In this document: positions 29,687 through 38,744 of the stretch, piece by piece | How positions within the stretch are numbered: the first letter of the stretch is position 1 | Layout: the number at the start of each line of letters is the position of its first letter | NCBI GenBank assembly: GCA_964394985.1 | Contig: CAYMZK010000001.1 | Span: forward strand, 63,957-127,956 | Direction of reading: 5' to 3' | DNA length: 64,000 bases | Origin: an uncultured Candidatus Saccharibacteria bacterium | GTDB lineage: Bacteria; Patescibacteriota; Minisyncoccia; Minisyncoccales; GWA2-38-27 | Position numbers and translations under genes: made by a program | Notes under the pieces: model-generated | Seen by the model: the letters and a program-made list of their open reading frames with translations, nothing else | Told to the model about the DNA's origin: nothing | The model's database searches: none

Positions 29687-30201
29687 ATACTTTGGTGTTT
29701 GATTAACGGTACGTAAGATTCTTGTGGGTGATTGAGATGTCCATATCTTCCGTCATATTTTCTCACTGTTCCAAAATTCTTCCAGAAAGATACCTGCCCA
29801 ATGATCATTCCTGGGTATAATTTAATTGGTATTGCGGCAACAATTTCCAATGTCCATTTATGCTCGGAAGTCGTATGACCAAGATTGGCTGATGCCTGCA
29901 AAAATAAACCGTATCTACCCATAGAGCTTCTTCCGATTAGAGACATAGCATATTTTGAACTGCCAATCACTTCTTTGGTGGTAGCCAGGTACATTTTTCT
30001 TGGTTCCAAAACATACCCATCTTCGGGCATTTTTACTTCCTTAAATAGAGCTTTTTTACCATCAAACCCATTAAAGACCTTAATAGTTGAATCGAGTCGG
30101 TAATTGTAACTATTTGGATTAACCTGATTTTGGGAAAACGGCTCAATAACAATATTTCTAGAATTAATCTCTTCTTTGATTTTACTTCCGGTTAAAATCA
30201 T
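29683..30201 (-). CDS. dCTP deaminase (Dcd) family protein
   Basis: MILTGSKIKEE...IEPF N-terminus. GRSSMGRYGL, TLEIVAA and PGMIIGQVSFW align to the Dcd catalytic region. 4-nt overlap with the next gene. Confidence 0.65.
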   Translation of the reverse strand: MILTGSKIKEEINSRNIVIEPFSQNQVNPNSYNYRLDSTIKVFNGFDGKKALFKEVKMPEDGYVLEPRKMYLATTKEVIGSSKYAMSLIGRSSMGRYGLFLQASANLGHTTSEHKWTLEIVAAIPIKLYPGMIIGQVSFWKNFGTVRKYDGRYGHLNHPQESYVPLIKHQSI

Positions 30202-30203
30202 AA

Positions 30204-31028
30204 TTAAAATAATTCAACAAATCTGTTGGGATATACATTTTTTCTATACCTTAAAACCAAGACGCTATACATCTGATATGGACGCAGATCATTCGACATT
30301 TTTTTGACTTCATAAAGTCTGTTATACATGGTTTTATAAACATCCTTGTCTTCAATTTTTAACATCTTACATGCACGGTCTATTGTACTTTTACAGTAAT
30401 AATGAAGCTCATCCTCTGTTTCTTGAACTAGATCATTTCGCTCTTCGAATACAACCTCAAGCTTGTTGTACAATTTCATAATCTCTTTGTATGGAACGGA
30501 TGTCGGTGTAATTTCAAATACTTTTTGTGCTATCTTGATCAATGCTTCTGGCATCGGTTTTGTCACATAAAAAGGCGATGCTAAAATATAACCACCATCG
30601 GTCAGCATACTTATGCATTTTTCTAGCATTTTTACAGGATCAGGAAAGAATCCAAGTGATGCCCCAACCACTATATGAGTAAATTGTTTTTTTGTTTCGA
30701 ATTTGTAGCCGTCCGCAACTTTATAGGAAAGATTTATATTAGGAGCATATTTTTCTTTATTATAATTAGCCATTTTTACAGACTTTACCGAAAGGTCAAA
30801 ACCTTCTCCCTTACACCCTGAAAGCAATGCCAGCTCTCGCGAAGAAAAACCAGTAGTACAGGCTATTTCTAATAAATTAGATTTTTTATTCAGATCGGAA
30901 AAGCGAGCCCATTTTGAAAGAGTGACGTACGATCCAGGCAAGACATTCCATTGATTAATTAAACCGACAAAATCCGTGTAAGAAAGATTTTTGATGTAAT
31001 CTGGTGTAATCGATGATTCTTTTTTCAT
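30204..31028 (-). CDS. class I SAM-dependent methyltransferase-fold protein (MccD-like by size and context)
   Basis: Motif I LLEIACTTGFSS, acidic post-I residue (GFD), motif LTDGGYIL; 274 aa. Confidence 0.55.
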   Translation of the reverse strand: MKKESSITPDYIKNLSYTDFVGLINQWNVLPGSYVTLSKWARFSDLNKKSNLLEIACTTGFSSRELALLSGCKGEGFDLSVKSVKMANYNKEKYAPNINLSYKVADGYKFETKKQFTHIVVGASLGFFPDPVKMLEKCISMLTDGGYILASPFYVTKPMPEALIKIAQKVFEITPTSVPYKEIMKLYNKLEVVFEERNDLVQETEDELHYYCKSTIDRACKMLKIEDKDVYKTMYNRLYEVKKMSNDLRPYQMYSVLVLRYRKNVYPNRFVELF

Positions 31029-31106
31029 AATTTTATTAAATTATAATTTGTATACCGGTGGTATTGGTTGAATAAAATTCTGTGCCAGAGAATATGTGAG
31101 TGCACC

Positions 31107-32279
31107 TTAATTTGGCACAACGATAAAATCACTCTCCCTTATTTTTTTAGAGTAGCAACCATAACCCCAGATATCCCAAGTCGTGCATAGATTGCCCCAC
31201 ATATTACACCCGATTTCTTTTTTTGAAGGGTTAGATATGTTAACCAGCGGAAAGTATTCATATTCAAAACGTTGCCAGCCCACCATATTTACTCCACCAT
31301 CTAGAACCACATTGTTATCATCTTTCCTATCTGCAACTGATAAAACTACAAACATAGAATCATTACAAATAATTCTTCCTGGTTCTGAGTAATACGTGGT
31401 ATCTAAAATCGGGCTTAAATAGGTTCGAATTGCCGTGCCTATCCTTTTTGCATATGCTTCAATCTTTATAGCATTACGGACCAGATAATCATGTCCTTGT
31501 TTAGTTTTTTTTATGATGCCCTCCGATTCGTAGACTTCGAATCCTCCTCCAAAATCAATATACTTAATCTTTCTCAGATCGTCCGTTTTAATCTTATTCT
31601 TAAGATAGATACCAAGCTCTTTGATAGTATTCTCGTAAAAAGAAGCGTCCTTATTTCTCGACATATGAAAATGTATTCCGCTGAGATCGATAAAAGGATA
31701 TTTTTTGGCTCTTTCCCAGAACTTTTTTAGATTTGTTATATGAATGCCATATTTTTTCCAGTCTCCAGATAAATCCGTATGCACTCTGATTCCTGCTTTG
31801 ATCTTGTTTTTAAGATGATTGGTTAATCTACCAAGTTTATCCAACTCACTAAAACTATCCATATTGATGGTAATGACTGATGAGTATTTTAGGGCATGCT
31901 TTAAATCATCCTCTGTTTTACCAGGACTAAAATACAAGATATCCTTACATCCAGCCTCAATGGCCATATCTATCTCTCTAGGACTACCAACATCCAAACC
32001 AAGACCTTTTTCTACGACATATTTAATGATGAAAGGATGATGATTAATCTTCATGGCGTAATAAGCATTGAATGAGGGTAATTCTTTTTTGAAAGAATTT
32101 AAAAACAAGTCGGTGGAATCATTAAGAGTTTTTTCGTCAAAAACGTAGAAAGGGGTCTTATATTTATTGGTCAGATTTAAAATGCCTCTTTTATTTTTGA
32201 GGACGCAACTGACTACATGATAAAGTTTATTTTCTTTATTGGACAGTATTTTATTTGATTTTATGCCGGTATTTTTCAT
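31107..32279 (-). CDS. fold-III PLP-dependent decarboxylase (Orn/DAP/carboxynorspermidine decarboxylase family; MccE N-domain-like)
   Basis: TPFYVFDEKTL...NAYYAMKINHHPFIIKYVVEKGLGLDVGSPREIDMAIEAG matches the N-terminal TIM-barrel signature with the PLP-binding Lys in YAMK. FGGGFEV glycine-rich loop. Confidence 0.7.
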   Translation of the reverse strand: MKNTGIKSNKILSNKENKLYHVVSCVLKNKRGILNLTNKYKTPFYVFDEKTLNDSTDLFLNSFKKELPSFNAYYAMKINHHPFIIKYVVEKGLGLDVGSPREIDMAIEAGCKDILYFSPGKTEDDLKHALKYSSVITINMDSFSELDKLGRLTNHLKNKIKAGIRVHTDLSGDWKKYGIHITNLKKFWERAKKYPFIDLSGIHFHMSRNKDASFYENTIKELGIYLKNKIKTDDLRKIKYIDFGGGFEVYESEGIIKKTKQGHDYLVRNAIKIEAYAKRIGTAIRTYLSPILDTTYYSEPGRIICNDSMFVVLSVADRKDDNNVVLDGGVNMVGWQRFEYEYFPLVNISNPSKKEIGCNMWGNLCTTWDIWGYGCYSKKIRESDFIVVPN

Positions 32280-32297
32280 ATGTCGTTTAGTAGTCAG

Positions 32298-33305
32298 CTA
32301 TACTACAGCTTTTTTGAAAGTTATTCGTTTTTCTTTTGTGTTAATTTCGGCAATTCCTCCATTTGGTATAGTTATCAAAGGATCAGAATGTCCAAAATCT
32401 ACGTTATAAAACACTGGAAACTTAGCGTCAGAAAAATACTCTTTAAACATATCTTTCAGAGAATCCTCTGGCGAGAAACTGGATTGTTCGGTAAATCTCC
32501 CCACAACTAAACCTGCGATTTTATCGAACCACCCGAGCTGCTTGCATTGACAAAGAAACCTATCAATATGAGATGGCGTACTTGTTTCATCCTCTTCAAT
32601 AAAAAGGATTTTACTCGTCATATCGGGTAAATACTGAGTTCCTTGTAAAATCAATAAAGTTTGAAGGTTGCCAACAACCACCTCACCGATCGCATCCCCC
32701 TGATTAAATACCTTTATACCCTGGTTAGCTTTTTTAATGCGATGATCATTGTCTTTTCTTAAGAAATAAAGGTCGTCAGCGTATTCTTTAGATGGTTCAA
32801 TCGTTATGTCTTCTCGAGGCTCAATACACATTTTTTCAAAATAATCCCATGTGTAATCGAATGGTTCTGGTTTTGCGAAAGAAATAACCCCGGGTCCGGA
32901 GAATGTGATCAATCCCGTTTTAGTTGTAATGGCGGTTGTTAATGCTGTCACATCAGAATAACCAATAAAAATTTTTGGATTCTTCTTGATTAGTTCATAA
33001 TCTAATTGATCAAGAAGTTGATTGGTATTAAAACCACCCCAGAAAGCCATAATACATCCTATGTCATCTCTCTTTGCGAAATTATGAATATCCTCAATTC
33101 TAAAAGAGGCTGTTCCGGCTGTATGTTTTTGTGTGAGCAGTTTTACGGAACGACCTTCGACAATTGAAAATCCTTTACTTTTTAAATACTCATAACCTCT
33201 TTTAATAGTATTTTCGGGACACACGCCAGCGACAGGATCAGCCGGAGCAATAATGCCCATCGATTTATTTTTATCAAGCCTTGGAGGTAATATTTTTTTC
33301 ATCAT
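32298..33305 (-). CDS. S66 family LD-carboxypeptidase-like serine peptidase (LdcA/MccF family)
   Basis: MGIIAPADPV start, FWGGFNTNQLL, and IFIGYSDVTAL with the nucleophilic Ser in a GxSD context; 335 aa. Confidence 0.7.
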   Translation of the reverse strand: MMKKILPPRLDKNKSMGIIAPADPVAGVCPENTIKRGYEYLKSKGFSIVEGRSVKLLTQKHTAGTASFRIEDIHNFAKRDDIGCIMAFWGGFNTNQLLDQLDYELIKKNPKIFIGYSDVTALTTAITTKTGLITFSGPGVISFAKPEPFDYTWDYFEKMCIEPREDITIEPSKEYADDLYFLRKDNDHRIKKANQGIKVFNQGDAIGEVVVGNLQTLLILQGTQYLPDMTSKILFIEEDETSTPSHIDRFLCQCKQLGWFDKIAGLVVGRFTEQSSFSPEDSLKDMFKEYFSDAKFPVFYNVDFGHSDPLITIPNGGIAEINTKEKRITFKKAVV

Positions 33306-33536
33306 ATTTTTAATTCACTAATTCATTAATTAAAATATATAGTGCTACATAATTTATAATTAGACGCATTAACCCTATTAGTCATAAAACACATTTTCGT
33401 TTGCTTTTTTCTGTTCTGTGTTTTTCAGCATAAAACTTATTATTTTAGAATACCATTATTAGACAAAAAATCAACTTTTATTTACAAAAAAGCCCATTCT
33501 TTGATGATATAAAAATGGGCTATAATTTTTAGAGAT

Positions 33537-33848
33537 TTATTTTACTTCAATTATCGGTTCCGTATTTATTGGATAGCAGTAGCTAAGTTTAATTTCCACG
33601 TATTCGCCTTCAAGATTTTTTGCTTTCGCTATAACTATTGTCGTGCTACTACTAACCCACACATCTTGATCACGGTTACTTTTTGTCTCTTTATTGATAA
33701 TTTCTATGTCAGTATATCCTTTTTCTTGAAGAGTTTTTATTACATTGGGCTCATCTGGAATACTAGCCACGAAAGAAACAATAAAAAACACAAAGATAAT
33801 CAAAATAATCACACCAGATAATACTTTACGCATAATCATCCCTTTCAA
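33537..33848 (-). CDS. hypothetical membrane-anchored small protein
   Basis: N-terminal TM helix; 103 aa. Confidence 0.4.
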   Translation of the reverse strand: MKGMIMRKVLSGVIILIIFVFFIVSFVASIPDEPNVIKTLQEKGYTDIEIINKETKSNRDQDVWVSSSTTIVIAKAKNLEGEYVEIKLSYCYPINTEPIIEVK

Positions 33849-33862
33849 TTATTAAATTGTTA

Positions 33863-34043
33863 AAACTGAGAAATCTCAGCACTGTCTGCACTATAGCAAT
33901 AATTATCTCAAAAGTCAAATTTCTGTACTAGTCCATATGATATGATACACCAAAAGACCCTTGAAAAACATAAAGACCGACGCATCGAAGACCATCTTCG
34001 ACACATAGTTCAGTTAAATGTATGAAGGTTCAACCTTCATACT
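33863..34043. repeat. copy 1 of a ~180-bp intergenic repeat (identical copy at 53688-53868)
   Basis: Identical read-through ttaaaactgagaaatctcagcactgtctgcactatagc...gtatgaaggttcaaccttcata. Three internal palindromes: ctgagaaatctcag, tcgaagaccatcttcga, tatgaaggttcaaccttcata. Confidence 0.8.
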
Positions 34044-34315
34044 AAAAATAGTCCCATGGATCGGTCAATCGAACAAAATCAGATGTGTAATATCTATCTG
34101 AACCTAGTTCTGAATCTAGACACCCCTCGTTAGGTTGCTCGGCCAAGCCGAGCAACCTAGTTACAAACGTAAGAAACTAACTAAGTGTATCATACGTATC
34201 TGAACCTAGACATTACTTTCTTGTGGTTATGCTAAAAATTTGCCATAATAGCTAGTATAAATATCTTCTTAAAAAGAGCGATCGTTTTACTAATTAAGCG
34301 GTCTGAAAAGTATTA

Positions 34316-35458
34316 TTATCGTAAGATCGCATTTAAGTCCTTTTTTGTTTTCTCGCGGATTCTATCCTGAATTTTATTGATTTCCTCGCTAGTCAAAGTC
34401 CTTTCAAATGAACGGTACATAATCCGAAATGTATAAGATTTTTTATTTTTACCAAATTTATTTTCATCCTCATATTCGTCCAGCAACTTTACTTCTTCAA
34501 TTAAGTTGTCGGCAAAATCTCTTACAATTTCGTAATAATTGTTTATATTTATATCTTTATCGATTATAAAAGAAATATCTCTTGACGTTACAGGGTATTT
34601 ACTAACTTCTTCATACTTGCTATTGATGTCTTTAAACTGTTTGGTTATCCGCGGATCGTCCGACCATAAAATTCTTATATCAGGAATGCCCATTTTTATC
34701 ATGGCTAATCTGTCGCCAAACCCAAAGGCCCAGCCGTTGTAAATTTTTGGATCTAATCCAAAATTTTTAAGACATTGGGGGTGCACAAGACCAGCTCCAT
34801 TTACTTCCATCCATTCACCGTTAAATTTAATATCCATTTCTAGGCTTTCGGTTGTATAGGGGAATTTGTCAGGAATAAATTTCCATTCAATATCGGGACC
34901 AAAAATTCCTTTTGCTAGTTTAACCTGTACGTCTTTTAAATCTTCTTGTGTAATTGTTTTTTTTGACTTTTCACATATTAATAAACCATCAATTTGATGA
35001 AAAGCTGGGTAATGATTTCTATCAATTTCATCTTTTCTAAAAACAATCCCATAGGATAACGCTTTTATTTCTCCGTCCTTTTTTAATCTTTCTAAAACTT
35101 CTGAGTCTTTCAAATAAAAAGACCAAAAAGCTGTTGTGTGTGTACGCAAAAGATGAATATCATCTAAATAATAGGTATCTGTCTCTCGTCTAGCAGAATG
35201 GTTTTTTGGCATATTCAAAAGATCAAAACATTCCTCAATAGTTACAATTTTAGGAAAGTCAACAAGATCAAAATCTTTAAACATCGGTAGGTTTATTATT
35301 TGATCAAATAAAATTTTTACAGGAGATTTTTCTTTTTTTGTTAAGTCTGGAAGTGCTAAAAATCTCTTGATGCGCTCTGCCTTAACATCTTTTCTTTTAT
35401 TCAACTCTTCTAGCAAAAGCTTTTTATTCTTATTTTTTATTATAATTTTTCTATTCAT
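34316..35458 (-). CDS. PheRS alpha-like protein with C-terminal FDX-ACB-like domain (monomeric, mitochondrial-type architecture)
   Basis: HSARRETDTYYLDDIHLLRTHTTA as motif 1. YGIVFRKDEIDRNHYPAFHQIDGLLI as motif 2. GWAFGFGDRLAMIKMGIPDIRIL as motif 3. C-terminus YPVTSRDISFIID...KKSYTFRIMYRSFERTLTSEEINKI resembles the anticodon-binding domain found at PheT and mitochondrial PheRS C-termini. Short N-terminus without the bacterial PheS coiled coil. Confidence 0.65.
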   Translation of the reverse strand: MNRKIIIKNKNKKLLLEELNKRKDVKAERIKRFLALPDLTKKEKSPVKILFDQIINLPMFKDFDLVDFPKIVTIEECFDLLNMPKNHSARRETDTYYLDDIHLLRTHTTAFWSFYLKDSEVLERLKKDGEIKALSYGIVFRKDEIDRNHYPAFHQIDGLLICEKSKKTITQEDLKDVQVKLAKGIFGPDIEWKFIPDKFPYTTESLEMDIKFNGEWMEVNGAGLVHPQCLKNFGLDPKIYNGWAFGFGDRLAMIKMGIPDIRILWSDDPRITKQFKDINSKYEEVSKYPVTSRDISFIIDKDININNYYEIVRDFADNLIEEVKLLDEYEDENKFGKNKKSYTFRIMYRSFERTLTSEEINKIQDRIREKTKKDLNAILR

Positions 35459-35603
35459 GAATTTTTATTTATAATTTTATTTGAAAATCATTTTTCTTTT
35501 ATCCTTGTCACAACAAAAATATTAACGTTAAACACGGTACATTCAACTTATGAGTGCAACGCTTGGCATTAATGCATTAATATTAACACGACTATTGATA
35601 AGT

Positions 35604-35645
35604 TTCAATTCTTTTCTTTCCACTACAACCTCCCATGCTTTTTCT
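35604..35645 (-). pseudogene. remnant of a HAD-hydrolase gene 3' end
   Basis: Minus-strand translation AKEKAWEVVVERK matches the C-terminus of the HAD gene at 53865-54566 (AKEKGWEVVVERK); the nucleotide match is ~40 bp. Confidence 0.5.
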
Positions 35646-35776
35646 TTTGCCCACTAATTACCCGCCAAAAGGGGACGGCCAAAGGGGGACGCATCACTTT
35701 TAAACGGGGTTTTAGGCTTTTTGTATTTTTCCCTTAATTTTTCGGTTCAACTTCCCTACCTTCGTATTTTTAATTT

Positions 35777-36364
35777 TTAATTTGATTTAAATATTTCTTC
35801 TCCTTTTTTTAATTGAACCTCCAATTCAAAAACTATCTCACTCTTTAATCTTTCTTTCAAAACCTTAAATACATTTTTGTGAAACTCCATTCTTTGCTCA
35901 ATAGAAGAATTAAATTTATTGAAAGCCGACAATCCCCTTTCTTTATACGCTTCAATCATGGAATTTATATTATGTATTTTATCCGCCGCACAAACCATTA
36001 AAGATTCTTGACTGTCAGTTTTTAATCTTTCAACGTAATTATTCTTTCTATCTTTCCAAGACTCTTTTTCATCTTTATTTTCATTATTTGGATCATTTTC
36101 TTCTGAAACTCCTTTCACTATTTCTGTTATCTTCTCTCCAAAATCCCTAATCATATCTGATTCATAATAATTAGGAACATCTTCCAAGACATCGTGAAGC
36201 AAAGCACCAATAATAACATCTTCATCGTCAGTGTAATTAGACACAATCATAGCCACTGAATAAGGATGAACAATAAAAGGAACATCCCCTTCTTTTCTTT
36301 CCTGATCTTTATGTAAGACAGCAGCTTTAATTATCGCTTTTTGAATATTTTTTGTTAATTTCAT
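35777..36364 (-). CDS. HD-domain hydrolase resembling the (p)ppGpp-hydrolase domain of RelA/SpoT (small alarmone hydrolase-like)
   Basis: AAVLHKDQERKEGDVPFIVHPYSVAMIV...ALLHDVLEDV aligns with the SpoT HD domain (H...HD...D); 195 aa. Confidence 0.6.
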   Translation of the reverse strand: MKLTKNIQKAIIKAAVLHKDQERKEGDVPFIVHPYSVAMIVSNYTDDEDVIIGALLHDVLEDVPNYYESDMIRDFGEKITEIVKGVSEENDPNNENKDEKESWKDRKNNYVERLKTDSQESLMVCAADKIHNINSMIEAYKERGLSAFNKFNSSIEQRMEFHKNVFKVLKERLKSEIVFELEVQLKKGEEIFKSN

Positions 36365-36384
36365 ATATTTATTTTTTTACTTTA

Positions 36385-36675
36385 TTATTCTTTGGGTAAT
36401 TTTTCACAAGCCCTGTAAAGGCAAGAATGACTATTATCGTAAACTCTAACATCGTAAGTTCCGCCTTCAATCCATTCTTCTTGAGTTTTTGATAAAGGAT
36501 TAAAAGCCCAAAATAATCTATCCGCCATAGCAACAACAGTTTCATAACTATCATATGGGTATGGCCCTCCAGTTAGCCAGGCATACCTCCATTCTTCCCC
36601 ATAAACATCGGCAAAATGATAATTAACAAGAAACATGTCTATAATAGCTATTTTATATGTTTTTTTCTTTTTCAT
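36385..36675 (-). CDS. hypothetical small protein
   Basis: 96 aa ORF immediately downstream of the HD gene; no recognisable motif. Confidence 0.35.
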   Translation of the reverse strand: MKKKKTYKIAIIDMFLVNYHFADVYGEEWRYAWLTGGPYPYDSYETVVAMADRLFWAFNPLSKTQEEWIEGGTYDVRVYDNSHSCLYRACEKLPKE

Positions 36676-37007
36676 ATATTTAATTTATTATTTATTATTT
36701 ATAATTCGACCTTAAATAAAAAAAGTGACCAGAAGATTACACCCAAGAATTATACCTCTTGAGGGGTGAAATCTTCCAATCACTTTATGATTAGTCGCTT
36801 ATTTCATATGGTTAACCACAGATTTCCTAGTTTGCCTATCCGCCAAGGCGGAAGAAATAAACGGTTTGTCTTAATTATGCGCACAAACGAACGCTATTCA
36901 ATTATTAATTTTCTAAAAAATCTCTTCTCTATTATCTATATTTCTATTATAGCACAAAATTTCCGAAACTCCAAATCCAATAAAAAACATGAAAATTAAA
37001 CTTTTAT

Positions 37008-37066
37008 AACTGCCATGGATTTATTACCTCATCTTGTTTGGCGAAATCAGTATTAAGGAAATGTGA
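37008..37066. repeat. copy 1 of a 57-bp direct repeat (copy 2 at 39781-39838 is the 3' end of an HD gene)
   Basis: actgccatggatttattacctcatcttgtttggcgaaatcagtattaaggaaatgt is nearly identical to 39781-39838. Copy 1 is therefore a gene-end remnant. Confidence 0.7.
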
Positions 37067-37438
37067 AACATCTCTTGGATCTTTTCTCTTTCCTCAACCG
37101 TTAAATGTATATATTTCATAGCACCTTGATAATACATTATTATGTATCATTTAATCAAAGTGTTGCACTTCGGAGTAGAATGTACCTTTTCCCACTTAAC
37201 AGGTGTTCGTTATTTATATACACTGAGTATGTAGAAGAAATTCCACTAATCACGCGGTCCCGCCCTTGGCGGGATTTTCTTTTTTAATTAGGTGTTAGAC
37301 GTCCAGCGTCTAACACTTCGTCTACAATTTGGCTCGCTTAGCGAGACAAAGTATAATTCCTTGACTAGAAGTGAAGTGTCCTCTTTTTATCCGACTTTTT
37401 TTATTTGATTTTATTATACTCTCGTATTATTATAAAGA

Positions 37439-38314
37439 ATGAACCATTTTAAAGGAGAAAATTGTGGTTTGGAAGAAACAATACAAACATTAAAGAAAAA
37501 AGGTTTCAGTATTGGTATTATAATTCCTACCTATAATGAAGAGAAAACTATAAGTAAAATTATTTTTACTTTTTTATCTTCAGAATTAGTCAGCAATGTG
37601 TATATAATTGATGATGGTAGTCATGATAATACAATTATGAGAGCTAGGTCGGCCGGAGCGATAACATTTAATAGAAAAAGGGGAGGTGAGCCGAAATACA
37701 GAAAATATAATGGGAAGGGATTTGCTATTTGGGAAGCCTTGGCGCTTGCGAAGGAAGACATTCTTATTGTCTATGATGGTGACATACAAAACCCCGATAT
37801 AAATCATATAATTGAATTAACTTTCCCCTTGATAAATAATCCAAACATAATTTTAACCAAGGCAAGTTTTGACAGAAATTTATATTTACAAAATCATTCA
37901 TTAAAAAGAGAAGGAGGAAGGATAACAGAACTTCTCGTAAAACCTTTATTGGGTTTTCTATTCCCCGAATTAATACTATTTGAACAACCAACTGGAGGAA
38001 TTTACGGAATAAAGAAAGAGCGGTTGTTAGAAATTGAAATTCTTGGAGAAACGGGAGCAGATATTTCAATACTTATAAATTTATATAAGAAAAATGGTTT
38101 AAGTAGTTTATGTGAAGTATATCTTGGAGAAATAATACATAATAATAAAGACCTTAAAAACTTATCTAAAATAACATTCAAACTAATCCAATCTATATTT
38201 TTTCTATATAATAATAAAATTAGTGATTTTGAAAAATATTCATATCTTTCATTTGGTAAGAAAATGGATGTTAATTCCCCATTAATAATTCTAAAACCGA
38301 GAAATTTTAAATAA
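37439..38314 (+). CDS. GT2-like glycosyltransferase resembling glucosyl-3-phosphoglycerate synthase (GpgS-like)
   Basis: IIIPTYNEEKTI...YIIDDGSHDNT. The segment GGRITELLVKPLLGFLFPELILFEQPTGGIYGIKKERL...GADISILINL resembles the GpgS core. Confidence 0.55.
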   Translation: MNHFKGENCGLEETIQTLKKKGFSIGIIIPTYNEEKTISKIIFTFLSSELVSNVYIIDDGSHDNTIMRARSAGAITFNRKRGGEPKYRKYNGKGFAIWEALALAKEDILIVYDGDIQNPDINHIIELTFPLINNPNIILTKASFDRNLYLQNHSLKREGGRITELLVKPLLGFLFPELILFEQPTGGIYGIKKERLLEIEILGETGADISILINLYKKNGLSSLCEVYLGEIIHNNKDLKNLSKITFKLIQSIFFLYNNKISDFEKYSYLSFGKKMDVNSPLIILKPRNFK

Positions 38315-38321
38315 TTAAAAT

Positions 38322-38744
38322 ATGTATAAACACACTGATGTCTCTAAAATAATAATTTACAATAACAGCAAGGAGTTTTTATTACAATTAAGGGATAATA
38401 ATCCGAACATTGAATTCCCCCTTCATTGGAATCTTTTGGGTGGTGTTATTGAGGAAAATGAAGATCCAAAAAAAACTATTGTCAGAGAATTAAAAGAAGA
38501 ATTAGGAATCAAGGTTGAAAATATTAATTTATTTAAAGTATATGAAAGTAATGGTATAAAACAATATATTTATTTTTTAAATATGGAATTAGATCCTAAT
38601 AAGATTGATTTAAAAGAAGGGCTATCATTAAAATGGTTTAATGTTTTAGAAATAGACGGTCTAAAAATAGGATTTAATTACTATCAGATATTAAAGGAGT
38701 TTCAGAATGATAACGGGAATAATTTTAGCGGCAGGTCAGAGTAA
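38322..38744 (+). CDS. NUDIX hydrolase
   Basis: Nudix box GGVIEENEDPKKTIVRELKEELGI; 140 aa. Confidence 0.7.
   Translation: MYKHTDVSKIIIYNNSKEFLLQLRDNNPNIEFPLHWNLLGGVIEENEDPKKTIVRELKEELGIKVENINLFKVYESNGIKQYIYFLNMELDPNKIDLKEGLSLKWFNVLEIDGLKIGFNYYQILKEFQNDNGNNFSGRSE

Noticed and set aside
33985-34006. Possible tRNA T-arm (gaaggttcaaccttc) inside the 180-bp repeat
   Set aside because: It is a perfect palindrome, but the loop does not fit the T54-Psi55-C56 register and there are no acceptor or anticodon arms; it is a hairpin only.
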